Source: an uncultured Candidatus Woesearchaeota archaeon (lineage in GTDB: Archaea > Nanobdellota > Nanobdellia > UBA10117). Taken from it: DNA of 64,000 bases. The position numbers and the translations under genes are program-made. The notes under the pieces were generated by a model. The model made no database searches and was not told where the DNA came from. It was given only the letters and a program-made list of their open reading frames with translations. The stretch lies in the NCBI GenBank assembly GCA_903864915.1, contig CAIPHS010000005.1:3968-67967 (forward strand), written 5' to 3'. Positions 8,029 through 17,271 of this stretch are shown one piece after another (within the stretch, counting starts at the first letter, position 1; each line of letters starts with the position of its first letter).

Positions 8029-8655
8029 CTAGGTTGTCAAATATTTGCGGAAGTCAGAAATTATCTTTGCGTAATCATCTTTCTCAACAATTTGCCAAGC
8101 TCGGTAATAACTCTCCGATTTAAAAGTCTTAGACCGTTCGATTTCTTTCTTAAGGGTTTTTTCGTCAAAATATTTCAAAATAATGTGTTTGAGCAAAGCG
8201 TGCAACAATATGTGATTTTTAGCATATATTTTTTCATAAGGGTATTTTTTTGCAATCTCGTTAAATGCTGCCGCAAAGTTATTTTTGAAATCAGATTGCT
8301 GTGTAAATAATTGGTGAACTAACTCGTGAATAAGCGTTTGAATAAAAATACTAACGGATTTTGGGTATTGCGCCTGATTAAGAATACTTATTGTTAGAGG
8401 GTCTGCAAATGACGAATATAAACTCATAGTTGTTACGTAGCATTTTATTTTACGTTCAGACCACTTCAAACCTGAGACTATTGACAATTCAGATAAAACT
8501 TTCTTCTCTATTTTTCCCCATACTGGTTCAAGCACTTCTATATATTTAGAAACTCTTTCCGAACATTTTTCCTGGTCGTAATGCCTGATCCAAAATTTCT
8601 CCACTATTGTCTTATCATAAATAAATGAGTAAACAAATTTAACTTCAGGTATCAT
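8029..8655 (-). CDS. HExxH-motif hypothetical protein (paralog of 57375-58007)
   Basis: IHELVHQ; colinear similarity with the 57.4 kb gene. Confidence 0.75.
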   Translation of the reverse strand: MIPEVKFVYSFIYDKTIVEKFWIRHYDQEKCSERVSKYIEVLEPVWGKIEKKVLSELSIVSGLKWSERKIKCYVTTMSLYSSFADPLTISILNQAQYPKSVSIFIQTLIHELVHQLFTQQSDFKNNFAAAFNEIAKKYPYEKIYAKNHILLHALLKHIILKYFDEKTLKKEIERSKTFKSESYYRAWQIVEKDDYAKIISDFRKYLTT

Positions 8656-8718
8656 ACTTTACTATCATCATTGGTATTGTTAGGCTTTTTGGTACAATCA
8701 AAAAGTAAAAAATAACAA

Positions 8719-9183
8719 TTATGCGCAAGTATTTGTTGGCTTATGAAGTAATTCTATTAATTTTTCATAATACTCAGCTTCGTTAGAGTAATAGATGTAT
8801 TCAACATTAGCTACTTTCTTTAAGCCTATTACTAGGTTACTGTAGCCGTTGCTTTTTTCCAACAACAATATAATCCTCTTGCCTAATGCGGAAGCCCAGC
8901 CCAACTCAATGTGAACTCCACCAGAAGGATATTTACCAGGAAATGCGATTAAAATATCCGCTTTGGAAATCTCATCATAGTCTATCTTGGTACAGACGTC
9001 TGGGTGCATCCACTCTTCGCCCCATTTCTCTCTCAGATGTGCGTTGTGCACCTCGCATCCGTTTTTTTCCAAAAACTGGATTAGTCTGCTTAGGCTAGTT
9101 ACATCTTCATTGTTCATTTTCTTTTCAGCAGAGTTCATTACATTTTGAAACGGCGCTGCTAAGAAAACTTTAGTTTTTCTCAT
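8719..9183 (-). CDS. nucleoside 2-deoxyribosyltransferase-fold nucleotide glycosidase, MilB/BlsM-like
   Basis: FLAAPF, HNAHLREKWG, CTKIDYDEI, SGGVHIELGWASAL. Confidence 0.8.
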   Translation of the reverse strand: MRKTKVFLAAPFQNVMNSAEKKMNNEDVTSLSRLIQFLEKNGCEVHNAHLREKWGEEWMHPDVCTKIDYDEISKADILIAFPGKYPSGGVHIELGWASALGKRIILLLEKSNGYSNLVIGLKKVANVEYIYYSNEAEYYEKLIELLHKPTNTCA

Positions 9184-10168
9184 TTTTCACCACACCATAA
9201 TTTTTAATGGAGTCTTCTAATCTTTGTTTAAATGACCACAAACAACCCTTGCAGTTGTCAGTAATTGTTTTGTTTTCTTCTATGAATTCCACATACTTTT
9301 TTGTTGTTAAATCGAAAATGCTTTTGTCAGATATTATTCCATTTGGACAAATAACCAACTTGCCATCATTATTAACTGACAAATCATACACGCCGCCATT
9401 ACAATTATAATTAAATTCTCCTTTGAAATACTGACTTAATCTTGATAGCGTGAAATCTCCATCCATTAACAAAGCTCCTTCGTTTTTCATCATTAGCAAC
9501 TTCTTCACGATAACTTCAATTTCTGCGCTGTTCTTTTCAAGCGAGAGTGCTTTTGTATTATTTTTATTAATATGATTTTGCATCATAATCATTAATTTTG
9601 TAGGAATTTTTAGTGAAGAAAAGTAACTTACTATTTCTGGCAGCTCCATCAAATTATGTCTTGTCACAACAGTAGAAACTGTGGTATCAAATCCGTAATT
9701 GGATTTGCTGATATGTTCTAATGTTTGAGCTAATTTATCAGTTAGCGGTTTTCCCCAAGCACTATTCTTATTAAGCGTGTCTACAGAAATGCAGAGAAAA
9801 TCTAATTTCGCGTCGCTAAGGTCTGCAAGATATTTTTTATCGAGTAACAAACCATTTGTAGCGATAGAAACGAACGCGTCTCTTGATGATGCGTGGCGGA
9901 CTATATCTACCAAATCGGATCTAAGTAGCGGTTCACCACCAGTAAACACTATATCGCGGTTCCCTAATTTATAAATAACATCGACCGCATTTTTCCAGTC
10001 ATTCTGCTTTAAATCTTTACCAGTATTAACATATAATTCAGAACAATAAGCACATCTTAAGTTACATTTTCTAGTAAGCCTGACGCATGCAAGAACCGGG
10101 TGAATAATACCATTATTTGCATTTTTTAAGCTGTGATTATAAGCTTCTTGTTTAAAGGGCCTAACCAT
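9170..10168 (-). CDS. radical SAM protein with Twitch/SPASM-like C-terminus
   Basis: CNLRCAYC, FTGGEPLL, TNG; C-terminal CNGG...ICP...CKGC; GGTGA RBS before ATG 10168. Confidence 0.9.
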   Translation of the reverse strand: MVRPFKQEAYNHSLKNANNGIIHPVLACVRLTRKCNLRCAYCSELYVNTGKDLKQNDWKNAVDVIYKLGNRDIVFTGGEPLLRSDLVDIVRHASSRDAFVSIATNGLLLDKKYLADLSDAKLDFLCISVDTLNKNSAWGKPLTDKLAQTLEHISKSNYGFDTTVSTVVTRHNLMELPEIVSYFSSLKIPTKLMIMMQNHINKNNTKALSLEKNSAEIEVIVKKLLMMKNEGALLMDGDFTLSRLSQYFKGEFNYNCNGGVYDLSVNNDGKLVICPNGIISDKSIFDLTTKKYVEFIEENKTITDNCKGCLWSFKQRLEDSIKNYGVVKNEKN

Positions 10169-10253
10169 GCAATTCACCTTCTTTTGTAAATTGTGCGACG
10201 CTTCCCATTTTGTTTTGGAACGGAGCTGTAAGGAAAATTTTATCTGTTTTCAT
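10161..10253 (-). CDS. 30-aa peptide resembling the N-terminus of the MilB-like gene (not in ORF track)
   Basis: MKTDKIFLTAPFQNKMGSVAQFTKEGELHG; ATGA overlap with upstream stop, 8-nt overlap with downstream start. Confidence 0.55.
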   Translation of the reverse strand: MKTDKIFLTAPFQNKMGSVAQFTKEGELHG

Positions 10254-11425
10254 TCCTTCACCTGCCCTAGTCCCTTCACAATTAATGCATAGATTTGCAC
10301 TGCTCTTCCAAGTTCTCGAATATCAACTTTTTCGAAAGGTGTATGTGCATATTCTACAGAACCGGGCCCCGCTATTATTGCGTCTATGCCTGCTGCTCTA
10401 AAAATCGCACCTTCAGTCCAGCCTGGGTGCTGCATAGGTCTAGAATTTGTCCCAGAAATCTTGTTATAAACTTCAATGCAGAGATTTGTAAAATTTTTGT
10501 TTTTGGGGGTTAGCATCGGACTTCTTTCCGGACCAAAATCAACAGTTTTTTTTATTTTTATATCTGCGTTGCTATTACATGATTTATAAAAATTCTCAAG
10601 CAACGCATTTATGGCATTTATATCGCGCTTTGCAGATTCGCCAGCGAGCACCCTTCTATTAATGAGCATTTCAGCATAGTCAGGTATACCTTCCGAACCA
10701 CCTTTTATCGAGCACGTAACGAAAAGTGAATTTTGATTTGAACGTTTAGTGACATTGTCGATATAATTGTTCTTTATGTAATCGTAGGCTCCCAAAAGAT
10801 TATCGATTGCGTTATTTCCAAATGATGGTGCAGATAAGTGTGCTGATTTTCCATATGATTCCAATTTCAAAAAGTAAATGCCTTTGCAAGAGTCATATAT
10901 CTTAAGTTCCGTAGGTTCTGAAACAATACAGTAGTTAGCATCAAGTTTTTTTGCTAATTTAATTGCACCAGGCGAACCACCTCCTTCTTCACCATCAGTC
11001 ACTGCAAACGCAAGATTTATGCCTGGATTTTGTCGTGTTTTTTTAATGTACTTGAATAAGTACATAACCGCAGCCAGACCTCCCTTCATGTCGGCGGCGC
11101 CTCTTCCGTAAAGAAAGTTGCCTTTAATTTCTCCAGAAAATGGGTTTTTCATAAAATCAACATTTGTCGTGTCAGAATGACCGTTAAACAACAGAGTTTT
11201 GTCTGCCCCATAATCTAAATAAGCCACAGGAAGCGGGATTTTTCCAGAGTACTCAACTTCACAAGGTATGTTATTTTGCTCGAACCAGTTCATTATAAAT
11301 TCATTAACTACAGTTTCCTTAGTCTCGACTTTGGAATGGCTTGGTATCCTAACTAGCTTCGAAGCAAGGTCTGCAACTTGTCTATTGTTAGTTTTGTATA
11401 CATCATTAAATAACATGTTCATCAT
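10250..11425 (-). CDS. M20 family metallo-amidohydrolase (ArgE/DapE-like)
   Basis: NGHSDT, GRGAADMKGG, GEE, SEPT, AHTPFE; start uncertain (11416-11425). Confidence 0.9.
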   Translation of the reverse strand: MMNMLFNDVYKTNNRQVADLASKLVRIPSHSKVETKETVVNEFIMNWFEQNNIPCEVEYSGKIPLPVAYLDYGADKTLLFNGHSDTTNVDFMKNPFSGEIKGNFLYGRGAADMKGGLAAVMYLFKYIKKTRQNPGINLAFAVTDGEEGGGSPGAIKLAKKLDANYCIVSEPTELKIYDSCKGIYFLKLESYGKSAHLSAPSFGNNAIDNLLGAYDYIKNNYIDNVTKRSNQNSLFVTCSIKGGSEGIPDYAEMLINRRVLAGESAKRDINAINALLENFYKSCNSNADIKIKKTVDFGPERSPMLTPKNKNFTNLCIEVYNKISGTNSRPMQHPGWTEGAIFRAAGIDAIIAGPGSVEYAHTPFEKVDIRELGRAVQIYALIVKGLGQVKE

Positions 11426-12752
11426 TCCATAGTCCTGCTCCCAATACAGAAAGCATCCACAAACCCCACCAGAACGAATCAAATAAAACATAATAAATAA
11501 TTCCCGGCAGCATCAAGCCCATTGCCATTTGCTGTTTGCCTGAAACTGTCGATCCGGCACAGCCTATTGAAAGGCAAGCACCTACTCTTACTAACTCATC
11601 GCTATCATTTATGTCTCTTTTTAAATCGGTTAAATTTGCCTTTTTTTGTCCAACCGATGCAAAACCTGCACCTAAGTTTGCACCCCATCGCACATAGCTA
11701 CTTTTATCTCCCAATAGCGGACCGAAATGTTGTTCCGCACCTTCTTTTCCGGAAAAAGCAAGGCCCAAGCCCAAACTTGCGCCCCAACGAACAGAACTAT
11801 CCACGTCTTTGAATAATCCACCTAAAGCACTAAGAGAATTTTCGCCTTTCCCCATAAAACAAAGACCCAAACTTAAACCCACGCCGCTTCTAACTATTGA
11901 AGATTCATCCTTCAACAAATCCAAAACTTGTGCAATCTTTTGACCACTGCTCAGACAAGATACTCCAACAGCGAATGAAGAACTTTCCCTAACATAAGGA
12001 TGAGTATCTTTAAGGCAACCAAATAAGGCATCAAGCAATTCACTATCGCGCTTGCCCATATTTGCAAAACCAATACCGAGGCACGCCATATCTCGCAGGA
12101 GCGGGTTCTTGCTATGCATAATCCTTGCATATTCTTCCAGTGACTTCTTGCCCTGGAAGGCATATGCTGTGCTTATGAACCATCCAGTACAAAGGTTTAC
12201 GTATGGATTTTTTTCTTCAGCTATTAGCGCTAGCACTTTGTCAAAGAGTTTTTCTCCGTGTCCCATGCATCCAAAGCTTAATGATAGCCCTGCCACTGCG
12301 CGAATTCTCCAATTAGGATCTTTCAACAGAGGGAATATTATCCGAATGAAATCTTCGCTTCCTGCACCGAGATTTACTAAGCCTAATCCCAAAATCGCAC
12401 TTTTGCGCACATCAACGCTAATCTCTTCCTTAATAATGCAGCTCAAAATCTCTACAACAGTTTCGTTGCAAGTCCCTAAAAAACCAAATCCTAATGAAAG
12501 GCATGCGCTGCTTTTCACAAAATCATCGTCAAAAAAAAGCAAAGGTCTTAGCAAATTTATGCAATTAATGTCACCCTTACCAAAATATTTTATGCCAACA
12601 GCCAGGCAACCACCAATTCTAACATCAATCGGTTTATCGTCTCTCAAGAACTCTTCAACTATAATATTAACTTCTTTCTGGTTTCCTATATATTTCAGAC
12701 TATCTCCAAAATATTTCCCGAACTGGACGTAAAAATTTGGATCGGATTTCAT
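11406..12752 (-). CDS. PC/HEAT-repeat protein resembling the proteasome Rpn1/Rpn2 toroid
   Basis: About 10 repeats of about 36 aa: LxDxxxxVRxGAxLxLGLxxxG. Confidence 0.8.
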   Translation of the reverse strand: MKSDPNFYVQFGKYFGDSLKYIGNQKEVNIIVEEFLRDDKPIDVRIGGCLAVGIKYFGKGDINCINLLRPLLFFDDDFVKSSACLSLGFGFLGTCNETVVEILSCIIKEEISVDVRKSAILGLGLVNLGAGSEDFIRIIFPLLKDPNWRIRAVAGLSLSFGCMGHGEKLFDKVLALIAEEKNPYVNLCTGWFISTAYAFQGKKSLEEYARIMHSKNPLLRDMACLGIGFANMGKRDSELLDALFGCLKDTHPYVRESSSFAVGVSCLSSGQKIAQVLDLLKDESSIVRSGVGLSLGLCFMGKGENSLSALGGLFKDVDSSVRWGASLGLGLAFSGKEGAEQHFGPLLGDKSSYVRWGANLGAGFASVGQKKANLTDLKRDINDSDELVRVGACLSIGCAGSTVSGKQQMAMGLMLPGIIYYVLFDSFWWGLWMLSVLGAGLWNDEHVI

Positions 12753-13738
12753 AGTTCGCCCCCATTGTACCCAAGCAATTTAAGGAATCTTTGATTTTCA
12801 ACGTGCGTGCTAATTGAAACCCTCACGTAGCTTTCTGGCAAATATTTGAAAAACTCGCTGGAGACAACAACGCGCTTTTCAGCAAGATTCTTTAATTTTT
12901 CAGGAGGTAATTTCAGAAGATAGCAAATAGTCTCAGTCTTATTCACTGTTGAATCCTTAAGATACTTTGACAAATAATCTTTTTCTCGCTTAAAATGGTC
13001 TATAGATTTGTCTACAAAATCCGCATCCTTAAGAGATTCCAGCGCAGCTATCTGGGATAAAAATGCTGTTTTGAAAGGTGAGGAATATTCCTCTAATGCC
13101 TTGATTATTTTTTCACTCGACAAAACATACCCAACTCTCATACCAGCCAAGCCATATAATTTCGAAAATGACCTTGTTATAATCAAATTGTCGTAGTTTT
13201 TTAACAAATCTTCATTTCCATGTTTGTTGTATAGCAATGCTTCATCCAAAACAACCAGATTAAAATTACTGAGCGCATCTTTCAAGAAAGATTGTGAAAC
13301 TGACAGACCAGTGGGATTACTTGGTGTGCTTAACAGCAACACATCACCTTTTTCCGAAAGAACTTTTGATTCATCGAGCTCGAAATCATTTATTGGTGGG
13401 ACATATTTAATATTACCTCTGCCAATGTTACTATAATACTCATATCTTGGGAAGCAGGGTGCAGGCGTCACTATATTTTTCTTATCAAATAACGCCAAAC
13501 TTGCCAAAGTCAATCCGCCATCCGCGCCATCAGACAGTAGAATATTTCCCAAGTTTGAATTCGTTAATATTGATATAAGTTCTACGAGCTCTTCATTAGA
13601 ATGATAATACTTGTTAAGCAAACTTGAATTTTTAATCAATGCTTGCGTAGCCTGCTGGCTTGCGCCGAGAGGATTTTCTATCATAGACAAATCTAAATGG
13701 CCATTCCTCCTGTAGTCCGCATAATCCTTATACGACAT
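12749..13738 (-). CDS. PLP-dependent class I/II aminotransferase (HisC/CobD-like)
   Basis: ENP, PSNPTG, LDEA, RSFSKLYGLAGMRVGY. Confidence 0.9.
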   Translation of the reverse strand: MSYKDYADYRRNGHLDLSMIENPLGASQQATQALIKNSSLLNKYYHSNEELVELISILTNSNLGNILLSDGADGGLTLASLALFDKKNIVTPAPCFPRYEYYSNIGRGNIKYVPPINDFELDESKVLSEKGDVLLLSTPSNPTGLSVSQSFLKDALSNFNLVVLDEALLYNKHGNEDLLKNYDNLIITRSFSKLYGLAGMRVGYVLSSEKIIKALEEYSSPFKTAFLSQIAALESLKDADFVDKSIDHFKREKDYLSKYLKDSTVNKTETICYLLKLPPEKLKNLAEKRVVVSSEFFKYLPESYVRVSISTHVENQRFLKLLGYNGGEL

Positions 13739-14657
13739 TTTTATTGTGTCCTAATGCATTTGGCATTATGATTTCTGCACCGAGCTTGTCACTAACATAC
13801 AGCGGGCATATTGGCACATAATCAGAATCGCATCTTGGGTCGTGGCCGTATTCTTTATTGTATACCGGGCAACCCCCACCACAACTTTTGCAGTTCTGAG
13901 GTGAAACCTTTACGGGTTTTATGCCATCACATCCCGGAAAAGAATTTACTGAAAGGCAGCAAGGGTAGCTTTTACCATCAGTGTCAACAAAGATATTTTT
14001 TCCAGACGGGCAGATCAGCTGCTCTATATTTGGGGTATTTTTTTCCGCGAAAGCTGGTTCAAAATATATTTTCTGAGGACAATTCTTGCTTTTTTCCATT
14101 AAAGTATCTAACATACCATACCATTCCTCAGCGCAAATTACCTTCAGGTTCGAATCGCCAAGCGAAGTCGGATACAGAAACAAATTTTTGTTCAAAATAG
14201 ATAAGTCACTCAAAAACTTGTCAACTTTATTTTCGAGTGTTTCTTTTGTAAGAATAGTCTGTGTAGTGATGTTCAAACCTTCTCTTACAGCGGCACGTAT
14301 ATTGTCAAGAACTTTTGGATCACCATTATAGCTGACATAAACTGCCACATCGAATTTTTTCAATTGCTTAGCTACGTCTGTTGTTAGTAAATCCCCATTC
14401 GACAGCAGATTAACATCATACCCTAAATTTCTGGCAGTTTGAATTATGTCAAAAATATCTGCCCTGATCAGTGGCTCACCACCAGTTAACGTAAGTATGC
14501 CTGCATTCGTTAAATTTAAAATATCTATTACTTTCTCGTAGGGCAGCTCGCCATTTTTGTTTTCCAGATAGCAAAATCCGCAATCACGGTTGCATCTTCT
14601 TGTTATATTCATAGCTAAGTCAAAATCAGAATGCCGTTCAATGTTCTTAGTGACCAT
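13728..14657 (-). CDS. radical SAM protein with compact SPASM-like domain
   Basis: CNRDCGFC, LTGGEPL; CPSG...YPCC...CKSCGGGCP...C...ICP; start may be 14684. Confidence 0.9.
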   Translation of the reverse strand: MVTKNIERHSDFDLAMNITRRCNRDCGFCYLENKNGELPYEKVIDILNLTNAGILTLTGGEPLIRADIFDIIQTARNLGYDVNLLSNGDLLTTDVAKQLKKFDVAVYVSYNGDPKVLDNIRAAVREGLNITTQTILTKETLENKVDKFLSDLSILNKNLFLYPTSLGDSNLKVICAEEWYGMLDTLMEKSKNCPQKIYFEPAFAEKNTPNIEQLICPSGKNIFVDTDGKSYPCCLSVNSFPGCDGIKPVKVSPQNCKSCGGGCPVYNKEYGHDPRCDSDYVPICPLYVSDKLGAEIIMPNALGHNKNVV

Positions 14658-14658
14658 G

Positions 14659-15675
14659 TTACTTTTGTATCTTGTATACCTCATCTTCTTCGAATCGCCA
14701 GCAAGAGGGGTCTGGAGCACGCATATCTTTGAAAACAGCATAAGCTACGCCTCTGCAGCCGTAGCATTTAGAATTGGACTCGCATGTCCCGCAAGTGCCC
14801 TTAAGTTCTTTTATCGCCTGTCTGCAGTCCTTAGCATTATCAGACTCCCAAATATCTTTTAGGTTCTGCTCATTTAAGTTTCCAATTCTCAACTCGACAC
14901 CAGAACAAGGTTGTACGTATCCTTCTACATTTACATGTACGCCGGTTTTAATTCGGTCGCATAGTTCAGAATCGCAAGATAATACTGGAGATTCTCCGCT
15001 GAGCTCTTTCAAGTCGACCATTATTTTTCTAAGTTCTTGCCCTAAAACAGCGTCATTTATTCCGCACTTTTGAGAAGGTATGGCGTGATTCAAAACAGGT
15101 TTTATGCCTTTTGACAGCGCCCATTTCCAAGTGTCTAGTATGGTATACTTATTCTTCTGCATTGCAGTTAAGATTATGTTCAAATCTTTGTCTTTGGTAT
15201 AGCCAACATCTATTAGCATATCTATCGCATCTAATTTGCGCTTCAGTGTACCTGGAACGTCAGTTAGACTATCTTCTATATCTTCAACTATCGACTCTAG
15301 GCTTACTCCTATATTTACGTCAAGATCGTGCAGTTTTTTCGCAATCTCTGGCGTTATGTTTGTGCTATTTGTTACTAACAGAACTTCAACATCTTTATCA
15401 CGCAAATATTTTATGACATCAAACAACTTCTCGTACAAAAGAGGCTCCCCGCCGGACAGCTGTATTCTCTTTAAGCCGTACGATATCGCATCATCCAAAA
15501 TATGATATAATTTGGGCAATTCCATTGTCTTTGGCTTTGAACCGCCAACGTAACAAAAAGTGCACTTCAGATTACAAACCTGCGTAAGCGCCAAAGACAT
15601 GTATGAAAATTTTTCTTCTTTCGCATCTAGGAAATTCCAGTTATCTTCAAGACACTTGGAATCAGGGTCTGCCAT
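14659..15675 (-). CDS. radical SAM/SPASM protein (PqqE/NirJ/MftC-like)
   Basis: CNLKCTFC, LSGGEPL; C...GYVQPC...CGTCESNSKCYGCR...DPSC. Confidence 0.92.
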   Translation of the reverse strand: MADPDSKCLEDNWNFLDAKEEKFSYMSLALTQVCNLKCTFCYVGGSKPKTMELPKLYHILDDAISYGLKRIQLSGGEPLLYEKLFDVIKYLRDKDVEVLLVTNSTNITPEIAKKLHDLDVNIGVSLESIVEDIEDSLTDVPGTLKRKLDAIDMLIDVGYTKDKDLNIILTAMQKNKYTILDTWKWALSKGIKPVLNHAIPSQKCGINDAVLGQELRKIMVDLKELSGESPVLSCDSELCDRIKTGVHVNVEGYVQPCSGVELRIGNLNEQNLKDIWESDNAKDCRQAIKELKGTCGTCESNSKCYGCRGVAYAVFKDMRAPDPSCWRFEEDEVYKIQK

Positions 15676-15795
15676 ATACCCCTAACGCCACCCTTGTTTA
15701 AAAGTTTTATTTATTAGATTAAATTCAGTATTTATCTAATTTTTTGAACCAAACAAGGAGAAAGCTTTAAAAAATAAGATAACTTATGATATTTT

Positions 15796-16779
15796 ATGGA
15801 CATGGACAGTAAGTCGGAAGCTATTCTTAATAGGCTTAGCAAGGACAGCCGTGCGAGCCTTTCTAGCATAGCACGAGAGATAGGTGTTTCTCCTGTTACT
15901 GTAAAGAAAAAGCTAGATATGCTTGAAAAGAAATTAGACATAAAGTATTTGCTCAGGTTCAATGAGAAGAAACTGGGCTTTCTGTTCAATTACTTCATAA
16001 CGATAAAATTCAAAAAAATACCATCAGAGCACATACTAAAAGAAATACTATTAAGACATCCAGCGCCTCAATTCGCAGCCATATGCAAAGGTGATTTTAA
16101 TTTCATAGCGTATATTTCCTTCAAAAGTGCAGAAGAGTATTTTGCGTGGACGTCATGGTTCAGGCACAAATTACAGCAATACATTGAAAGTTGGAATACT
16201 TTCAGCCTAATAGATATGCATTTCGGATTTTTCCCCCTGCGCGAAGAATTGATTTCAGACATAGATTTAAAGCAATCACTGAAAGATATCTTGCACTACT
16301 TGCATGAAAACTCAAGGATAGCACTAAATGATCTTGCACGTCTTGTAAATTTGTCACCGCCAACGGTAAAATATCATCTAACGAGAATATTACACTCAAA
16401 TTACATCACTATGAATGCTATGAGTGTAGAAAAAACTGATTTGCCAATTCAGTTTGTGGAGCTAAGCATTTTGAAATATCCCAAAGACTACATTCAAAAA
16501 AACAAAGAGGTTAGGTACAGAAAGATCAGAACACCAAAAAAGACACTCATAGCAGCTACAATCTCGGGTACGGCAGACTTTCTATCCATCTACTCTTTTA
16601 AAAATACAGAAGATTGCTATAAATTTCAAAATGAGTTTAAAAAAATAGTCAGTAGCATATCATCACCACATAGCTCTGCGCTAATTCTCAAAGTAATACT
16701 TGGAAAAATACCTTATAACTACCTAACTGTGGAAGAAGCTTATTCACCACCCAACTATTACTTATATCTTGGTCGATAA
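15796..16779 (+). CDS. tandem Lrp/AsnC-type transcriptional regulator
   Basis: Two HTH units (DSRASLSSIAREIGVSPVTV; NSRIALNDLARLVNLSPPTV), each followed by a RAM-like domain; divergent from the operon. Confidence 0.85.
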   Translation: MDMDSKSEAILNRLSKDSRASLSSIAREIGVSPVTVKKKLDMLEKKLDIKYLLRFNEKKLGFLFNYFITIKFKKIPSEHILKEILLRHPAPQFAAICKGDFNFIAYISFKSAEEYFAWTSWFRHKLQQYIESWNTFSLIDMHFGFFPLREELISDIDLKQSLKDILHYLHENSRIALNDLARLVNLSPPTVKYHLTRILHSNYITMNAMSVEKTDLPIQFVELSILKYPKDYIQKNKEVRYRKIRTPKKTLIAATISGTADFLSIYSFKNTEDCYKFQNEFKKIVSSISSPHSSALILKVILGKIPYNYLTVEEAYSPPNYYLYLGR

Positions 16780-16789
16780 TTTCCAGAAT

Positions 16790-17233
16790 TTACCCTTCAA
16801 GTATGTTCGTACACTTAAGTTCTATGCCTTTTGCTGCGAAAAACCTGTCCAAATCTAAGTAAAGCGTATTGGTTATGTTTTCTGCAAAAACTTTCTCATC
16901 TGTGTAAACTACGCTAAACCTTTCATTTTCCCTAAACAAACAACAACCACGTATAGCAACTTCTGATATATTATGACTATCCACAGCCTCAAGTATGTTT
17001 TTAGCCACTTCGGCTACATCCCATTTCACGAACTTAAGTAAAGAGAATTTAGGTTTGACCACTATTTTTTTGTCTGAAACCTCAACATCGGGATTTTTCT
17101 TTATTTTTTGTACATCATCTACACTCAATTTATTGTTAAGATTGAACGTAATCTCATTTATGACTGTCTTTCCTCTCAGTACATCTATCAGTGTTATGAT
17201 GTTCTTTTGCGCCAAACTTTTTTGCTTTTCCAT
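16790..17233 (-). CDS. hypothetical protein
   Basis: 147-aa ORF downstream of ABC-F. Confidence 0.6.
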   Translation of the reverse strand: MEKQKSLAQKNIITLIDVLRGKTVINEITFNLNNKLSVDDVQKIKKNPDVEVSDKKIVVKPKFSLLKFVKWDVAEVAKNILEAVDSHNISEVAIRGCCLFRENERFSVVYTDEKVFAENITNTLYLDLDRFFAAKGIELKCTNILEG

Positions 17234-17271
17234 TTATTTACTCATCTAAACAGTAGAGTTATTAAGATTTT

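Noticed and set aside
12749..13738. Histidine biosynthesis hisC or cobalamin cobD assignment
   Set aside because: Fold family only; no other his or cob pathway genes nearby.
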